A stretch of DNA of 64,000 nucleotides, taken from assembly GCA_963693095.2 (NCBI GenBank), contig OY843768.1, positions 32,001 through 96,000 on the forward strand, given 5' to 3'. This DNA is from Cenarchaeum sp. (GTDB lineage Archaea > Thermoproteota > Nitrososphaeria > Nitrososphaerales > Nitrosopumilaceae). The translations under genes and the position numbers were made by a program. Below are positions 48,401-51,400 of this stretch, piece after piece (position 1 is the first letter of the stretch; every line of letters starts with the position of its first letter). The notes beneath the pieces were generated by a model that was given only the letters and a program-made list of their open reading frames with translations, was not told the origin of the DNA and did no database searches.

Positions 48401-51400
48401 ACCCGCTCGGAGGACGACCTGTCGCTCGTCTCGGCGCGCTATATCAGTGACACGTCCGTCGGCCTCACGTTCAACGAGGGACTCCTAGAGTCCTCGGTCG
48501 TCAAGGACGCCTTTACGCTGCACGGCCCGCTGCCGACTACGACACCGGTGCTCATCGACACGGCCACGCTCGACACGGCCAGCGCGGACAACCCGCACCG
48601 CCGGACAGTCACGCTTGCGCTGGTCGACCCTGGCATGACGATCGACGGCACATACAGGGCCACGGCGCTCGTAAACGACCTCACCGACGCCGCCGACTTT
48701 GGCGTGCTCGACTTAACAGGCGTGCCGCTTCTCGAGCGCGGCACGGCAGACCTGGAGCGCGCCCTGGGAGCGCCGACGCTCGAGTCGGCGACGTACGTGG
48801 ATGACAACACGATCACCCTGACGTTCAGCGAGGCAATAGACTCGGGCACGATCGATCCAGAAGACTTTGAGCTGCACGGCCCAAGACCGTCAGGTGCCGA
48901 TGAAGGCGTCAACGGCGCGACTGTTGCCATCATGGGCGCCGATCTTGACGGTGACTCGACGTCCAACCCGCAATCCACAATCATCAGGCTCACGCTTGCC
49001 GGCATGGGGATGGTGTACGACGGCATATACACGGTCACGGCCCTGGCAGACGACCCTGATGACGATACTGACCACGGCGTGCACGCCGTGTCAGGCGAGG
49101 CCCTGGCCGAGGACGACACGGCCGAGGTGAGCCGTGGCGCTGACAACCCACCAACGCTAGTCTCGGCAGTATACATTGATGACAACACGATCCGCCTCAC
49201 GTTCAGCGAGGGAATAGACTCGGGCACGCTCGACCGCGAGGACTTTACGCTGCACGGCCCAAGACCGTCAAGTGCCGCCGAGGGCGTCAACGGCGCACCC
49301 GTTGAGATCATGACTGCCCTGCTCTATGGCGATCTGGCGTCCAACCCGCGCTCAGAGATCGTCATGCTCACGCTGGCAGGCATGGGAATGATGTACGACG
49401 GCACCTACACGGTCACGGCCCTGGCCGATGACCCCGGCGACGCAGCAGACCACGGCGTGCACGCCACGACAGGAGAGGCCCTGACCGAGGACGGCACGGC
49501 CGAGGTTAACAGGGGTGATGGCCCGCCGACACTAGAGTCAGCAACGTACGTCAGCGACGTGGAGATCACGCTCACGTTCAGCGAGGGCCTCCTAGAGTCC
49601 TCAGTCATGACGGACGCCTTTACGCTGCACGGTCCGCTGCCGGCGACGACGGCGGTGACCATCGACACGGCCACGCTCGACGCGGCCAGTGCGGAAAACC
49701 CGCACCGACGGACAGTCATGCTTGCGCTGGTCAGCCCCGGCATGACGATCGACGGCATATACAGGGTCACGGCGCTCGTGAACGACGTGACCGACGCGGA
49801 TATCCACGGCGTGCTCGACACAACAGGCGTGCCGCTCCTAGAGCGCGCCACGGCAGACCTGGAGCGCGCCCTGGGCGCACCCACCCTCGTCTCGGCGACA
49901 TATGTCGATGACCACAATATCCGCCTCACGTTCAGCGAGGGCATCGACTCGGCCACGCTCGGGCCGGAGGACTTTACGGTGACAGGTCCGGAGCCATCAA
50001 CCACGGGGCTGCTAGTCACGCGCGCAGCCCTCCACCAGCCCATGGGCGCAAACCCGTTTGGCAGGGTCATCACGCTGACCCTTGGCCTTGAGGGCATGGA
50101 CATCGACGGCACCTACACCGTCACGGCCCTGGCAGACGACCCCGGCGACTCTATTGACGCCGGCGTGCGCTCCACGACAGGCGAGCCGCTGGACAACAAT
50201 GGCGTGGCGCAAGTCCTGCGCGACGAGGCTGCCCTCACGTTTGATCGCGCGCGCGCGCGCCTCGTAGGCGACGTGACTGCCTTTGTGCTGACGTTTAGCG
50301 ACGGCCTGTCAGGCACATCAGTCACGCTAGGCACGACGATCACAGTCGCCGACCCTGACGGCAACGCGCTCTCGCCGACCCTCTCGCACACGGACGGCTC
50401 AGACACAGTCACGCTCACGTTTGGCTCCATACTGCCTGATGGCATATACACGGCGACTGCCACCACTGGCATCCTTAGCATGTATAATGATGCGCTCGAT
50501 GAGGAGACGACGCGCAACATTAACTGGTTCGTGCAGCGCCCAGAGTTCTGCTGCGCGAGGTTCGTCGAGGCCAACGAGATACTCTTTAGGGCAGAGCACG
50601 CCCTTGATCCGGCAACGCTCTCCGCAATGACTGTCTCGCTCGTGGACTCTGAGGAGGAGCCTGTCGCACTGTCCGCAGACACGCCAATAGTGTACAACGA
50701 TGATGCCCTAACCATCACGCTCAACCTCGCCGAGGATGCCGAGTATGGCGTGTACCATGTCCTGACAACGGATGACATCATCGACACGCGCTCAATAGAG
50801 TACGAGCCATCAAGGCTTCGCGCGGTCCACATGAGGCAGACGTCAAGCTGTGATGACTGCACGCCGCCGACACTGGGCCTCAACGACAACGCAAAGCGCC
50901 TCGTCACGGGCGGATTCTCGTACAACGGGAGGATGCTAGACGTCGAGTACTATTACACGCCAATGCCGATCCAGCGCGTCAACGTGGGAGACGAGAATGT
51001 CGTCACGCTAAAGATATACGAGAACAATGGCCCGCGCGCAATAAGGCATGCGGGAATCGCCTTTGGGCTCACCGATGGCCAGCACTTTGCCGAGTCACGC
51101 GCAAGCATCGGCGTCGACAGGTCATTTGAGGGCGAGCTCGAGCTCACACTTGACGATCCGGACAACGTCATTGACAACACGTCGATGCGCATAGAGGCGT
51201 TCACGTCACCATGCATGGTGGGCGCTGACTATCTCTGCCTAGTCGTCTCGATATACCACACGTTCCGCGAGCCACTAGAGTTCACCGACATCTCGACAGT
51301 CGTCTGGGACGACCGGCGCAACGCGTGGCAAAACTTTTTCAACCACGGCGTGGAGATACTAGGCGAGTCGCTAAACCCCGAGCGCGGAATACCGGTCAAT

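Noticed and set aside
38290-48402. 3370-aa and other long antisense or alternate-frame ORFs over the repeat array, including the recurring 70-aa MSCTARG ORFs
   Set aside because: Shadow ORFs caused by GC-rich codon bias and the repeat periodicity of the real plus-strand gene.
39324-48436. Possible CRISPR array
   Set aside because: The units are contiguous 363-bp in-frame coding repeats with no unique spacers, and no cas genes are present.
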